Assembly (NCBI GenBank): GCA_028023455.1
Contig: JAQFVV010000007.1
Location: forward strand, 13,020,001 to 13,084,000
DNA length: 64,000 nt
Direction: 5' to 3'
From: Epiperipatus broadwayi
Lineage: Eukaryota; Animalia; Onychophora
Below are positions 1-11,884 of the stretch, one piece after another. Within the stretch, counting starts at the first letter, position 1. Each line of letters starts with the position of its first letter. The notes under the pieces are model-generated. The model was not told where the DNA came from, searched no databases, and saw only the letters and a program-made list of their open reading frames with translations. The position numbers and the translations under genes are program-made.

Positions 1-300
1 GCTTGATTGCAATGAGATTGGCATCATGGTAAAGCACTTTATAGGAAGAAGGTGGTTTCCTGTTATTAATGATGATTCCTACCCCTCCAGCAGCTGATGT
101 ATTAGTAGACAGAAGAGTGAAGCCCAGTTTTGAAAGTTCCAGAATTATGTGAGGGTTGGAGTTTAGGTGATATTTGGTCTCTCCTAAGAATAAAATATGA
201 GGAGATGTAAGAAGAAAAAATGCCTAATCGCATATAAACGGTCAGTAGAATTAATTCCCCTGATGTTAAGACCAATGATTTGGCACTTGATCCTATCCAT
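1..300 (-). CDS. ORF2 N-terminus (apurinic-like endonuclease), partial, one -1 frameshift at A6 run 215-220
   Basis: Manual translation: MDRIKCQIIGLNIRGINS...(shift)...SPHILFLGETK...TSAAGGVGIII, matching APE motifs I (NxrG), II (LxET) and III (GGVxI). ATG (300-298) overlaps the ORF1 stop (ATGGATAG). Confidence 0.85.
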
Positions 301-3300
301 AAAGATTATTGCTGCTTGGTTTTACCACCAGCGGAATCTTTGATTGAAGGTTGTAATGGTCCTTGTGATCACTGAATTTCTGATTTGGCAAGGATGACCT
401 GTGGAAATCAGCTCTAAAGAGCTCAGTTTCATTGTGTGATTCATGACTGAGAGAGTTTTTTGGTGTGCTTTGTACCTTCCTCTTGTTTTTTTCCAGAATA
501 GAATTTACACTGTAGGGAAAGGAGAACTTTAGGTAGTTTGGCTCGGAAGCAGGAGATAGGTGTGAGTCCTCTTCTTCAGAGTAGGCCTTTGAAAGTTTGG
601 AAGATTTTTGTTTATTATTAGCATTAGGGGGTAGGTTGAGATCCATGTCTAAGACATAGTCAGAGATGGGTGGTGAAGATCTATTTTTTGTAAGTGTGGG
701 AGCTTTCATATGGGATGAATTTGTATAGGATATTGATAGTTTTGATGCGTCCATTATAGATTTAGTATTAGAAACCGCAGGTTTTGATCTTAGAGGTCTT
801 GGGGTTCCGAGTGCATTGTTATGGTGTTGATGGTCCATGCTGAGAGGTGCATCATCTGTATTGTCAGAAGAGATTGTTAGATTTTTGTGTCTAGAGGCAT
901 TATTTGGTTCTTTTGGTTTTGAGCCTTTTGGTAAGTTGTCTGGTTTCTGTGAGTTATCTCTGGGCTTGGAGCCATTTGGGTTTTGATATGCTATTTGTAT
1001 CTGTTTGCTGTCATTGGATGGTTTTCCCTTGAGTTTATTAGGATTCATAAAGTCTTTGGTGTTGGTTACTCTACTGTAGGATTCAACTTCAGCTTCAACA
1101 GTATGCAGGCCTGGAGTGTCTGTGGTTAGCATTTCATTATGTGTGACATTAGCAGGTGTGAGTGTATGAGGTGCTTTACATTTGTGAAACTTATTTTCCT
1201 TTTGACCACAAGAGGTGCATATTTTTGCTGGGCATTCTTTTATGAGATGTGTTCTTAGGCCACAATGAAAACATTGCAGCCTGACGCCAACGAAGGAAAG
1301 TATCATTGGACAACCTTTTGCTTTAATGGTAGTTGGTATGTCAGTGGGCCCTAGGCCTTTTCTTAGTTGAATTTGAAATGATGCAGTGTTGGATAGGATG
1401 GACTTGATCGTCTTGTCTACTGGCAGATATGAGAAATTCTGGATTTTCCCGTAAGGTAAAAGGATTTCTTGGAGGAGATTATTGTCAAGGCCCATGATAC
1501 AATTCTTGAGGGTTCCGATAAGGGTAGCAGGTCTGTTTGTATCAACATATATAAGGAATTTGTTGTCTAGTTTTTTGAAATTTGATTTAAATTCATTTCG
1601 GAAGGCCCAAGTGGCAAATTCGACAGCAATGTATCTGTCGTTTGGGTGAGTGAGGATCCGGTGTATGCCCTCTGTTAATTTGTATTGTTTTATTAATTCG
1701 TATAGTGCTGTAATGGGGAATTTATGGAGTGAGCAATTTGGTTCTGTCACTGCCAGAACAACACTTTTATCATTGTGGTAGTTTACTAAGGATTTGAGGA
1801 GGGTTGGAGGTATTGTTTGGTTGAAGTCAACACAGAGGCCTTGGTATTGTTTCTCAGTGAAGTCATTTATGGAGAATTCATCGGTCTCAAGCCCCAAGAA
1901 GGTTTGATTTTCCTGTTGTAGATTTTTTAGTTTTAGTATATCTAACATGGTAAGGTCGTGATTAATTTTACTTGCTGTTCCGGGTATGGAGCAGGTTTCG
2001 TTGTATGAATTAGTTTTTAAGTTGTTGGTATTTTGTATAGACTTAGATGGACTTGTAGTACCAATTTTTGCTATGTTAGCATATGATATGTGGCTCCTAG
2101 ATGAACTGTTAGCCATTGTATTACAGTTTTTTGCAATAGGTGTTATGTGAGGAAGGTAATTTAGATCACTCTGTGTCAAATCTAGTGTTGGGTTTGTCTG
2201 CTTGATTGTTGAATAGTTTCCCTTATGACCGGTATGGAAAATTTTATTTTGATCTTCTTCTCTCTGGTAGTTGAGATTCTGAGAGTAAGAGGGAAGAGTT
2301 GGGAATTCATCTATAGAAAGTGGCATGCTTTGTAAGGAAGTATTTTGAACACTAGTTGTATTGGTATGTTTTAATACGGGTTCCGGTATTGTATTACGCG
2401 TGTGTGTTGTTTCAGAACTATATTTATTTATAGTATCAGTTTTGGGTGAGTTTGAATTAGTTAAAAAGTTGTTTTCAGACGGTAAATTGTTCGCGGGGTT
2501 AATTTTTGGTTGAGTCTCACATTTATTCCTAGTTGAATGCGTCGATATGGGAAGTGGCGCTATTGCGTTATTTTCTGTTGAATCTTCAGATATTAGTGTA
2601 GTATTATCATTAATATATGAGCTGCAGCTATTTGTTTCTGTGTATTTTTTAGTTTTGGTGCCTTTATTATTTAATTTATGTGCCGGTTCAGGCCAATGGA
2701 TTACGTCCGTATTAAAATTTTTTTCTTTAGTACCTTGTTTATCCGCTATGAGTGACGGGCCAGTAGAAGTGTAGCCTGTTGAACAGTATTCGTCGTTATT
2801 CACTGTAGCGTCTGAAAACTCGTGGATCATTTCTGAGATTATTTGTTTGGAGGTCTTTATTTTAGGTATATTATGATGTGAATTTTGTTTATTATTACTA
2901 TTACAGTTAAAATCTATATTATTTTTATCATTTATTTCCATAGATATTTCGTTGGTTTTAGAATCGCTAATGACATGGCTTTCCGGTATTAACTGAGGCT
3001 GGTAAGAATAATTTTTATGTTTATTATCAGTAATATTTGTGACGTTGACGTTAGCTGTTGTATTATGCTTGGTCTCATGTACCTTAATTAGCATCTTGTG
3101 TGTACAATTGGTTTCACAAAGCTTACATAAATCTTCCGCTGTATTTACGCTGTCTTCGTTTTTGTTTGCGTCATCGGATGTCGTTGCGATTTTTTGCTTT
3201 CCATATTTTTCTATAGCACTTGAATTATCGGAGGCCGGATTTTGGTTATTAGTGCTAGAAGGTTTATTTCCTTTTATGATTTGAGAGTTCATTTTTAAGC

Positions 3301-4090
3301 GAGTTTGTGATATTTTTTCAACTTGAATGCAACCTTCAGAGTTTTGATTGGATGTTACGCTGTTGTCTAAAGTATATTCCACCGCATTGGCAATTACGTT
3401 AACATTTGAAACATTTGCATGCGCTTCGGGAATGGTAGGGCCTATGCTAGAAACATTGTTGGCTTTCAGTATTTTCAGCAGCCTAAGGTTAGTATTCCGG
3501 TATTTAGGCACGCTATGTGAATAAAATTTCTTAGTATTAATGGTAACGTTGGAACTCTGTGAGTTTTCAGCACTGTTGTTTAAGTCATATCCTATGCCTA
3601 GGTCTATGTTACCCTTCAGGCTCTGGATAACGTTCAAATTCATGGAGTACTCTGTGACTTCAGATTTTGTTGTTTTAACTCTATTGCAATTATCAGATTC
3701 ATTTACATTTTTATTTTTTATTAGATCTTGGGAATACATATAGTCATGATTATTATCATTGTAATTAAGCATTGTATGAGAAGTATCAACTTTACTCTGA
3801 TCTTTCGGCAGGTTTACTGTTTCTTTATTAGGTTCTAGACCCTTTATGACGTTTCTAAATAATTTCTTTTTTTTTAGATGTCTGTTGCATTTTTTTGATA
3901 TTTTTAGTTTATATAATGCTTGACTCTTTTTTGGCTTCGAATTAACGAAGCTAATTCTTTTAGATTTATCATTTATTCTGGGAGATCTTTTTTTATTTTT
4001 TATTGCGATTTTACCACTGTTAATTGTGCTATCAAGAGGTTCAAAACATATCCCATATTTCGGATTGTGGGCTAAATTTCCCACATCCAT
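293..4090 (-). CDS. Non-LTR retrotransposon ORF1 (gag-like nucleic-acid-binding protein), 1265 aa
   Basis: CFHCGLRTHLIKEC is an exact CX2CX4HX4C knuckle; second degenerate knuckle CTSCGQKENKFHKC; upstream RRM-like segments (YIAVEF; LQEILLPYGKI) typical of L1/Tx1 ORF1; long N/S/T/K-rich low-complexity N- and C-terminal regions. Confidence 0.9.
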   Translation of the reverse strand: MDVGNLAHNPKYGICFEPLDSTINSGKIAIKNKKRSPRINDKSKRISFVNSKPKKSQALYKLKISKKCNRHLKKKKLFRNVIKGLEPNKETVNLPKDQSKVDTSHTMLNYNDNNHDYMYSQDLIKNKNVNESDNCNRVKTTKSEVTEYSMNLNVIQSLKGNIDLGIGYDLNNSAENSQSSNVTINTKKFYSHSVPKYRNTNLRLLKILKANNVSSIGPTIPEAHANVSNVNVIANAVEYTLDNSVTSNQNSEGCIQVEKISQTRLKMNSQIIKGNKPSSTNNQNPASDNSSAIEKYGKQKIATTSDDANKNEDSVNTAEDLCKLCETNCTHKMLIKVHETKHNTTANVNVTNITDNKHKNYSYQPQLIPESHVISDSKTNEISMEINDKNNIDFNCNSNNKQNSHHNIPKIKTSKQIISEMIHEFSDATVNNDEYCSTGYTSTGPSLIADKQGTKEKNFNTDVIHWPEPAHKLNNKGTKTKKYTETNSCSSYINDNTTLISEDSTENNAIAPLPISTHSTRNKCETQPKINPANNLPSENNFLTNSNSPKTDTINKYSSETTHTRNTIPEPVLKHTNTTSVQNTSLQSMPLSIDEFPTLPSYSQNLNYQREEDQNKIFHTGHKGNYSTIKQTNPTLDLTQSDLNYLPHITPIAKNCNTMANSSSRSHISYANIAKIGTTSPSKSIQNTNNLKTNSYNETCSIPGTASKINHDLTMLDILKLKNLQQENQTFLGLETDEFSINDFTEKQYQGLCVDFNQTIPPTLLKSLVNYHNDKSVVLAVTEPNCSLHKFPITALYELIKQYKLTEGIHRILTHPNDRYIAVEFATWAFRNEFKSNFKKLDNKFLIYVDTNRPATLIGTLKNCIMGLDNNLLQEILLPYGKIQNFSYLPVDKTIKSILSNTASFQIQLRKGLGPTDIPTTIKAKGCPMILSFVGVRLQCFHCGLRTHLIKECPAKICTSCGQKENKFHKCKAPHTLTPANVTHNEMLTTDTPGLHTVEAEVESYSRVTNTKDFMNPNKLKGKPSNDSKQIQIAYQNPNGSKPRDNSQKPDNLPKGSKPKEPNNASRHKNLTISSDNTDDAPLSMDHQHHNNALGTPRPLRSKPAVSNTKSIMDASKLSISYTNSSHMKAPTLTKNRSSPPISDYVLDMDLNLPPNANNKQKSSKLSKAYSEEEDSHLSPASEPNYLKFSFPYSVNSILEKNKRKVQSTPKNSLSHESHNETELFRADFHRSSLPNQKFSDHKDHYNLQSKIPLVVKPSSNNLYG

Positions 4091-4249
4091 CAGAACTATA
4101 TTAATAAAACCCTTACCTTAACCAATAAAGATGAGATTTGTTGGATGGCTGGCGTTCTAAGGGCTTTTGAATTAAAATTCTTCGCAGAGCTGAGGTAGAT
4201 GGCTGCCAACTTAGTCAAACGTAGGTGGCGTCTTATATTTTATTGATTT

Positions 4250-4351
4250 ATTAAGCATTGTCTGTTATCATATGAAATATTTATATATAGTAAGTAAAAT
4301 ATTAAGCATTGTCTGTTATCATATGAAATATTTATATATAATAAGTAAAAA
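4250..4351. repeat. 51-bp tandem duplication in the 5' flank of the Tx1 element
   Basis: attaagcattgtctgttatcatatgaaatatttatatata(g/a)taagtaaaa occurs twice back-to-back. Confidence 0.9.
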
Positions 4352-5016
4352 CATTGCTTTGTTATTTTAAGCTGTGTCAAAATCTTCAGAAACTTGGAAG
4401 CAAATTTTTAATGTCCATTCACTATGTTCTTGCTTTTATAGCTATTATTGCCAATGCAATTGTTCAAATGGGGAACACATGGATAGTCTAATCACTATTA
4501 TGCAGAATAACAAGATTACCGTCTTCCCTTGCTTAACTTAAAACTGAACTGCACATTCATTATTTATTTATTTATTTTTTGCAAATAATACTCCTATAAA
4601 AATTTTGTAAGTGCAAAACTGCATGTTTGTATATGTAAAAATTACATGAGAGATGGGTAAATAAAATAAATAAATTTAATAAGCAATGTAAATATAAAGA
4701 CAACAAGCTATGAATTATAAAAAAGAATAAAATAAAATTGAAAATAAAATGGCATCTGAAGAAAAAAAATAATTGTCGAATATAATGGTGGTTATATTTG
4801 TAATATTCATAACATAATTAATTCAATAAAGTTTGCATTATTGAATATTGGTATGAGAGAGAAATAATAAAACCAAAAGTTCTTACATGACTGTAGCATT
4901 TGATTCCTAGTTTCAACAGTTTATCTGGCAACAAGAAATTTAATACAGTTACAGGCTTTTTTTATGCATACACAAAATATTGAAATACAAGTATAGTGCA
5001 TATATTTAACCTAGAT

Positions 5017-5100
5017 GTAATTAAAGGGATTTGAATCCAGATATTTAAGTTCCCTATAGTCATCCACTCTATCCAGTGTAACTGATACACATGATTACAT
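5017..5100 (-). mobile_element. tRNA-derived SINE head (tRNA-Tyr-like), copy 1
   Basis: Reverse complement matches 5255-5345 (ggatagagtggatgact(a/g)taggga...ggattcaaatcccttta). Confidence 0.7.
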
Positions 5101-5254
5101 ATATACAAAAAAGATAAACAATCTCTAATATGTCTATTTCATGTTTAACCAGCACTCCTCCGTTGGTCTGTATTACCATCTCCCACACATGAACCAAACA
5201 ATAAGTGCTGATTCAGCATGAAATACATGTATGGAGATCATTTATTTTTTCACA

Positions 5255-5345
5255 TGTATGTAGTCAAGTGTATTAGTCATATTGGATAGAGTGGATGACT
5301 GTAGGGAGCTTGAAAGTCTGGGTTCAAATCCCTTTAATTACATGC
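5255..5345 (+). mobile_element. tRNA-derived SINE head (tRNA-Tyr-like), copy 2
   Basis: Degenerate A box (tagtcatattggatagag) and B box GGGTTCAAATCCC; ggatagagtggatgactgtag resembles tRNA-Tyr GGTAGAGCGGAGGACTGTAG. Partial copies also at 30183-30230 and 51637-51676. Confidence 0.7.
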
Positions 5346-5457
5346 TATAACAGTCAGGTTTGTACATTTGTTCAATAGACTGAGATTCCAGATGAAAGAG
5401 AAACAGGCTGATCAAGTCAGGATGGCAACACTCTACATCTGATTGTACTTCAACTCT

Positions 5458-5501
5458 CTCACCCGTGCTTCCAAATCCCCTCACCCGTGCTTCCAAATCC
5501 C
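5458..5501. repeat. Perfect 22-bp tandem duplication
   Basis: ctcacccgtgcttccaaatccc x2. Confidence 0.9.
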
Positions 5502-8500
5502 ACACTAGTGAATGACCTGTCTGAGGCTACACTCGATACTTCTTTAACCACATTCCATTACTAGCACATCAATAGAACATGAGACCTATCCCCCCCCCCC
5601 TTAACTAATAATAAATGACTTAACTAGTGATTCATAAAGACTATGAGCAAGGATTGAGGCTGCGAGGTGATATATTTTAGAAAATTTAATAGAAATTCAT
5701 AATTAATAAAACAAAATGTACATCATCTATCACATGCAGGTGAAGTTATATAGGATTAACAGGTTAAGAATTGAGCTTTGTATGAAGGGAAATAAAGATA
5801 CATTCATGATACAGAGTGGTAAACATTAAAATTCAGGTATATAAAGGATTCATATGCAGGTACATGTTATTTTACATATGATAAAACAAAATGTTACAGT
5901 GGATAATTAACCTTTACATTGTTATTTTCCTATTAATTATGTAGGGATGAGTAATATGATACACAGTTATACAGACATTTATACTTAGATATATGCCAAA
6001 AACTTATCAAAAAGAGTGCAATCATACTAGATAGGAGGTATATTATTTATCAGTAAAGTTTACATCTAATTTATGATACAAATTAATCAAGTTAACCCAG
6101 ATTCTGGTTTGGATCAAGGCTGAAATTATTTAATAAGGTGGGCAGAACTGTTGGAGCAGGGTCACTTCAGATTCTACGGTGTATCACATATATTAATAAA
6201 AGGAGTGCATCTCGAAGGTGTCCTCGTAAAGATTCATTACCAAGTAATCAGTTCTTTGCACCATGATGCTTGCTATAATAATAAAGGAGACTTCTTTAGT
6301 TTGGAGGATTGAACAGCTACTTCAAGGATGAGACTCTTTTGGTCTCTTTCAAATATCAAATATAAAACAGCTTGGCTGTCCAAACTAACTGGCAGGGTTT
6401 GACATTAAATCAACTCCAATATAGACACATACATATGTATAGAATATAGCAAGAAGGTAAGCATTATTTGCTAATGAGCATCACATTCACTCCACAATCA
6501 TTTTAATTCATTAAATATGCAAAACGCAGAGTGTCTAGTAGTGTTACTGCCATTAATCAATTCCAAAATAGTACATAATAATTATATTATAGTGAAGTAC
6601 TTACAGTCTGGCTTAAATGTTATCTGTATTGCTTAAGACATATAATTATAGATTTACAGTATTTTTAAGAGTTATTAGGGTCCAAATATTCATTGCACAT
6701 ATACCATAGAAAATTGCTCTCGCTTAAAGCAAATAAACCCTATTTATAATTATTTACTAAGCCATATTATGGATAGCAATATTATCACTGGAGAAGAATA
6801 TTAAGTACAGAAGGGAGTTTGTCTGTTTCTTTAGAACAAATGAGCACAATAAGAGCATGTATATATCTCTCTGAGAATTAACAATTTGTCAGACTCCGTT
6901 CTGATTACTTTAGCATAAATCAAACATAACTATGATAAAAAATGGCTTAAATAATGTCTAAATAATAAATAAAAAGTTAATACACTTATCACTAATGTTT
7001 TAGGTTTTAAACATTACATATTAAAATAAATATATGCATATGGTGAGATTATAGTAATGATAATGATGATCAAGCAAGATTTGATAAAGTGACTAATTAA
7101 AAATAAAGATACATAGCAGATTTACATTTACACAGCAGAATTATACAGGAATCATAATGAGCACTAGCTTCATAGTTACTTTAAAGATAGAATGATGTTT
7201 TAGCATGCTTTACCATAATTCTCAAGAAGGATTCTAGTAAAAGTTCAGGTACAAGTGGCTTCTCTGAGCATGATTCCTATTCTCCATGGATGGATGCAAA
7301 TCTGGCTTTTCTTGCTTTCTGGCACCATTCAGTCGATGTGGCTTCACTATTTTAATTCAGTTTATTAGATACAATTTTCTTATGGCTGGGATGACTTACT
7401 GGATACAGATTTGTTATAGCGAAGGTGGCTTTTGGATATGGCTCCATTAATATCTATGCAGCTGGTTTATACTTATAGGGTGACTGTTACTGGTTCTTGG
7501 GCATAAGATTATGGCTGTTGTTACCATTTGTAGAAGCTCTAGTGGAAGACAAATGGCAAATCTATCTTCCACTAGCCGATGGTTCTCATCTTCGCAATAA
7601 TAAAAATTATTAATAATATTCTTTCTGTGATATATTTTTTTTCTTTTTCTTTTCACATATATTTAATAAAAACTGCAAGTTTTTATATCTATATTTAGTA
7701 CACACCCCTATTCTTCCTTGCACTTACTACATCACTTGTTTACTACTTCGAACCTCGTTCTCTCAATTATCTTTTACCACTTCTAAAAAAACTTTCCCAG
7801 GGTCTCCTTAAATTGTCAAGATAGGATTTATGACTGACTGATTTCTAAATTGACTTTTAGCTATAAGACTAATTAAAGTAAAATGTTATTTTGGTCAACT
7901 GTGAAAACTTGTAAAGAACTTGATAGTCTGCCGTTTTAAACAAAATCGTAAAACTAAAATAATTTTAAGAAATGGTAATCTAGTCAATCGTTGACTAAAT
8001 CATAGTTTTAAGCAAGTTTTAACTCGTAAACAACTTTATACTTCTAACAAAAAATAAAACTGGAAATAGTTTTAAGTAAAGCCAAGCTGACCAATCTTTA
8101 ATGAAATATTACTTTGAACAAATATTAACTAGTAAACAACTTTACCATCTGTATTTTTTAATGAAAAAATAAACTTGAAATAATTTTAAAAGAATATTTA
8201 AGACTAATATTTTAAATAAATTGTTTTTTACTAAGTTTAAATATAATTCTATATATAAATTCAAGCTGCACAGACTGTTAGGTTTACACAATTTTAATAA
8301 ATAGAGGACTATATGCGTGTATATGTTATCCTTACTAGCGTCTATATTGCAATGAAATAGGCACTTATACAGGCACATACTCTATAATTCTTTAAAAGCA
8401 AATATTTGGAGTTCTGAATTAAAGAAATACTTGTAATTTGGAGTGAAATAACATACAAATAGATATACTACTATGACTATAGTAGTTGAAACAGGTGGAT

Positions 8501-8834
8501 ATTTAGATCAGACTGTTTCAATGCATATACATGTAAATAACTTTATCGTATTTATAGCTAGCTTAAAGATAGATGAACAGATGCTAAAGACCAGTCACTA
8601 TGTTTTTAAAACCAAATTAACATCACATATTCTGGCCAAAGTATGAATTTTCCTACAATTGTTAAAAAACTAAAGATATCATACTATATAGGTATTGACT
8701 CATTTCAGGTTTATATGGTTATACAGACATATTGGTTTAGATTGAAAATTTTAATATGTTTTTTTTTTTCAGTTTATGCTAGTAGCTTAATAAGAAAACA
8801 GAGAGGTAAAATATGTCTTCTATGGGGGAAATGT

Positions 8835-9025
8835 TTTAGATCTAAAAGATTCTGGTGCACTATTCCCAAATCAAAAGCTTTGCACTGATGAAAACCATAT
8901 GGTAGACACTAATCTGGAGCTATTTGGATAGGATGGCATTGGATAGGAATTTATTAAGCCCTACCATTTGACATTTTTTGATTACTAAAGCTTGCATTAT
9001 CTGGCACAAATGTGGTAAGACAAAA
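8835..9025 (+). mobile_element. Diverged copy of HHR family 3 repeat (439-bp monomer family)
   Basis: Aligns with 61965-62150 and 21807-21940; contains CTGATGA A A ACC ATAT GGT A GACAC TA ATC at 8885-8914. Confidence 0.7.
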
Positions 9026-11254
9026 TGAATTTGCAAGTGTTTTGAGTTTGCAATTTGGATAATTCTGTTTATATGTGAGAAATTGATGAGGTACAGTGTG
9101 AATATAAAATGTTTTGTTTTTCTTTAAACTATTGATTTATTTGCCATTTACATCAGTTGGTCTTTTAATGTACTTTTCACTGCTTATTCAAAACACATAT
9201 CACTTTTAAGTTGCTTTCCTAAAATGAAAAAACTTTTTATGCTAATAGGGTTAATGAAATATCTTTCAAATCATGCAGCTATTATATCTTGTTTTCATCT
9301 AGAATTTACATTTATTTTAGTTATGTGTTATCGACCTCAATCATTAGATGTGTGTTCTAAAATGTCAATTATAGGCAGCACTCTAAAATAAGAAGATTCT
9401 TAAAACCAAAGAACTTCAAGAAGCAGGAGAATTTTGCTCTTATGATATTTCTTTTGCGATCTGCAACATACAGAAGTGAATAATGTGAACTATAAACCAT
9501 GATATTAACTGAAAGTGGATCGTATCACACATTAATCCAAAATTGTATTTACTTATTAAAAAAAGTGGAATATAGAGGGTTAATGAAAGATTTTAACGTT
9601 ATCAAATGTAGTTGAGTTTTGGGTTTAAAGTCAGAAAATGACTTTATATAGATTATAATTTTAAATTAAATTAAATGTTAAATAATTCATTTTTTTAAAG
9701 TTAAGTAAAAAAAATCTCACTTATTTGTAAACTTTTAATAAAATATTGCTCAGCGAATCTTAAAAAACAAGAATATAGTTTGATGCTAATATTATTCATC
9801 GAACATTTTTTTATCTATTCAAATTTTTGTCAATTCCACAATATTAAGTTTTTATAATTTTCCAATTAAATTTAAAACCTTTTTCCTCACATAAATATTA
9901 AATAATTAAATTATTTTAAAGTGGTATAATAAAATTATGTACGCTTACAATAATCAAAAATACTGTATAGAGTTTCTAATTTTATTTTATTTTTGAATAA
10001 TTAAAAAAAGTTTTACCTATTACTGATTCATCTACTATTATTCAAATATATAAGTATATTCTTGCACAAGACAATAGTTTTTTTATTAAGTACTTGTAAG
10101 TTTTTCAGTTTAATTAAACCCAAGATAACAGCCCATATTTTTGATAAATCTAGTTTTTTTTTTTTTGTGTGTGTGTGTGTGAGGGGGGGGGGGCAATTGT
10201 TTAGAAAAAAAAATGCCTTCTAGGAAACATCGTATTTAATATTTACATTTACATTTATTATTGTTATTTTTACAAAATAAATTATTGTAAAAAAATTAAC
10301 TACAATATTTACTGGTTTTTTTTGGATTAACTTATTAACAGAAAAATGAAAAAATATATACATCTTTACCCCACTTAGCAATAGTAATTGGTCCTCCAAA
10401 ACTCATCGTTAAGCAAAAATATCGTATACAGCAATGGTGTCCAAGCTCAAAGATTTTCTTGATTTTTTCATGACAACGATGACTAAATACGGTATCTAAA
10501 AAGAAAAGTTTTATATCACTAGGAAAAAAAATGCATATTTTCACTGCTTAAAAAGTACAGTACAGCAAAAATAAAAAGAAAGTGAAACTAAATTTGAATT
10601 TAAGAGTTTTTATATTCTTCAGCAGAAGTTTTTCATAGTAAATGAAAAAAAAATCCATACTGAAGTGCATTTTTTTAAAATTTGTATTACAGGACATATT
10701 ACTGAACTTTTATGTTTATTACTTATGTGAAATTATTTAAGTTAAAAAACAATGTTTAATTATAAATTATTTAATTGAACATAAAGACTTATTACTGTAC
10801 TCCAGAGTATCAAAAGGCTTAATGCTATCGTAAATCAGTCAACTTTAGAAAAAAAAAAATTCAATTTATTTTAAAAGAAAAAAATCAAACTGTTCTAATT
10901 TTCTAAAACATACGCTAAGCTTAAATAGTCAAAATAATAGTCATAGATCACATGACCCTATTCTCTTAAGCTTGTAAGTTATAAACAATAAGGATTGCCA
11001 ATTCCTCAACAAGCTTTATAATAAATGCTTAGCTAGAGAAAGCATTTAAAATATCTCTTACTGTATATTTTTAGTAATGTAATAGTGCCCCCCCCCCCAT
11101 TCATGTAGAAAGATTATTCATTAACATTTTTATTTTAAATGCAATCTGTTTTTTTTTTTAATTTTCTAATTCAACATTCTCATTTTAAAATGTTGTTTTT
11201 CTTTTGATTTGAAACCACTTGAGTGTGCATAATTACGGAACACACACGCAATTT

Positions 11255-11435
11255 AATATTAGTATTTAGTGTTTTCCTGAAAATTTGTGATGATGGTATT
11301 TTAATTGTACTGTTTTCATCATCTAATATAAGTGTTGAATGTTTAGAAAAATTAAACTTTATTTAAATAATCCAAGTATTGTACATTATATTTAAATAAA
11401 GTTTAACTTTTCTAAAGACATTCAACACTTATATT
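11255..11435. mobile_element. Foldback fragment of PLE family 2 (sequence downstream of its HHR)
   Basis: Near-perfect hairpin about 11324-11434; left arm reverse complement aligns with 15745-15860 and 16975-17050. Confidence 0.7.
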
Positions 11436-11446
11436 GTTATATATAG

Positions 11447-11884
11447 AGTTCACAAAACAAACTCTTAACTAGCTTTGAGAATACCCTCAACCCCAGACTG
11501 GTTTCTGCATCTAGCATCATCAGTGAGGTGTTAGTATATTCATTAGATTAAAAATACTAGGACTAGCCCAGCACTTTATCTAATGTATAACTATTGAGAA
11601 GAAAATCTGAAACATCTATATGTCTAAAAATCCAGCTATCTAATTCAAATACCCATATGGGACTGAACTAAGTTCATATACACCATATATTAATAGCTCT
11701 AGCAATATAAAATCACCAAAACTTTAGTAGCAAAGAATAAATTGATAAAAAATCAAGTCAGATGTCAATGACCTAATTTTAATAAAGCTCGTGTTTACAA
11801 ATGTTACATATAGAATTCGCAAAACAAACTCTTAACAAGCTTTGAGAATACCCTCAACCCCAGATCAGTTTCTGCATCTAGCAT
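11447..11884. repeat. Unclassified interspersed repeat (copy 11447-11705 plus partial copy 11812-11884); homologue at about 60180-60420
   Basis: caaaacaaactcttaac.agctttgagaataccctcaaccccaga...tttctgcatctagcat is duplicated; aatccagcta...caccatatatta.tagc.ctagcaatata is shared with 60340-60420. Confidence 0.7.

Larger units (their letters stand above)
1..4235 (-). mobile_element. L1/Tx1-clade non-LTR retrotransposon, 5' portion (5'UTR + ORF1 + start of ORF2); runs off the left edge of the window
   Basis: Long intact ORF1 with RRM-like region and CCHC knuckle, directly followed by an overlapping ORF with APE endonuclease motifs. GC/CpG-richer 5'UTR at about 4091-4235 ends abruptly against AT-rich flank. 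Confidence 0.9.

Noticed and set aside
2547-3743. Plus-strand hydrophobic ORFs (75, 81 and 67 aa)
   Set aside because: Antisense shadows of the N/K-rich ORF1.
4091-4235. HDV-like ribozyme in the Tx1 5'UTR
   Set aside because: Could not draw the nested double pseudoknot by eye; needs a descriptor search.
6100-6430. Restriction-like endonuclease LINE remnant (KETKKSLILEVAV)
   Set aside because: Single weak motif amid many stops; insufficient support.
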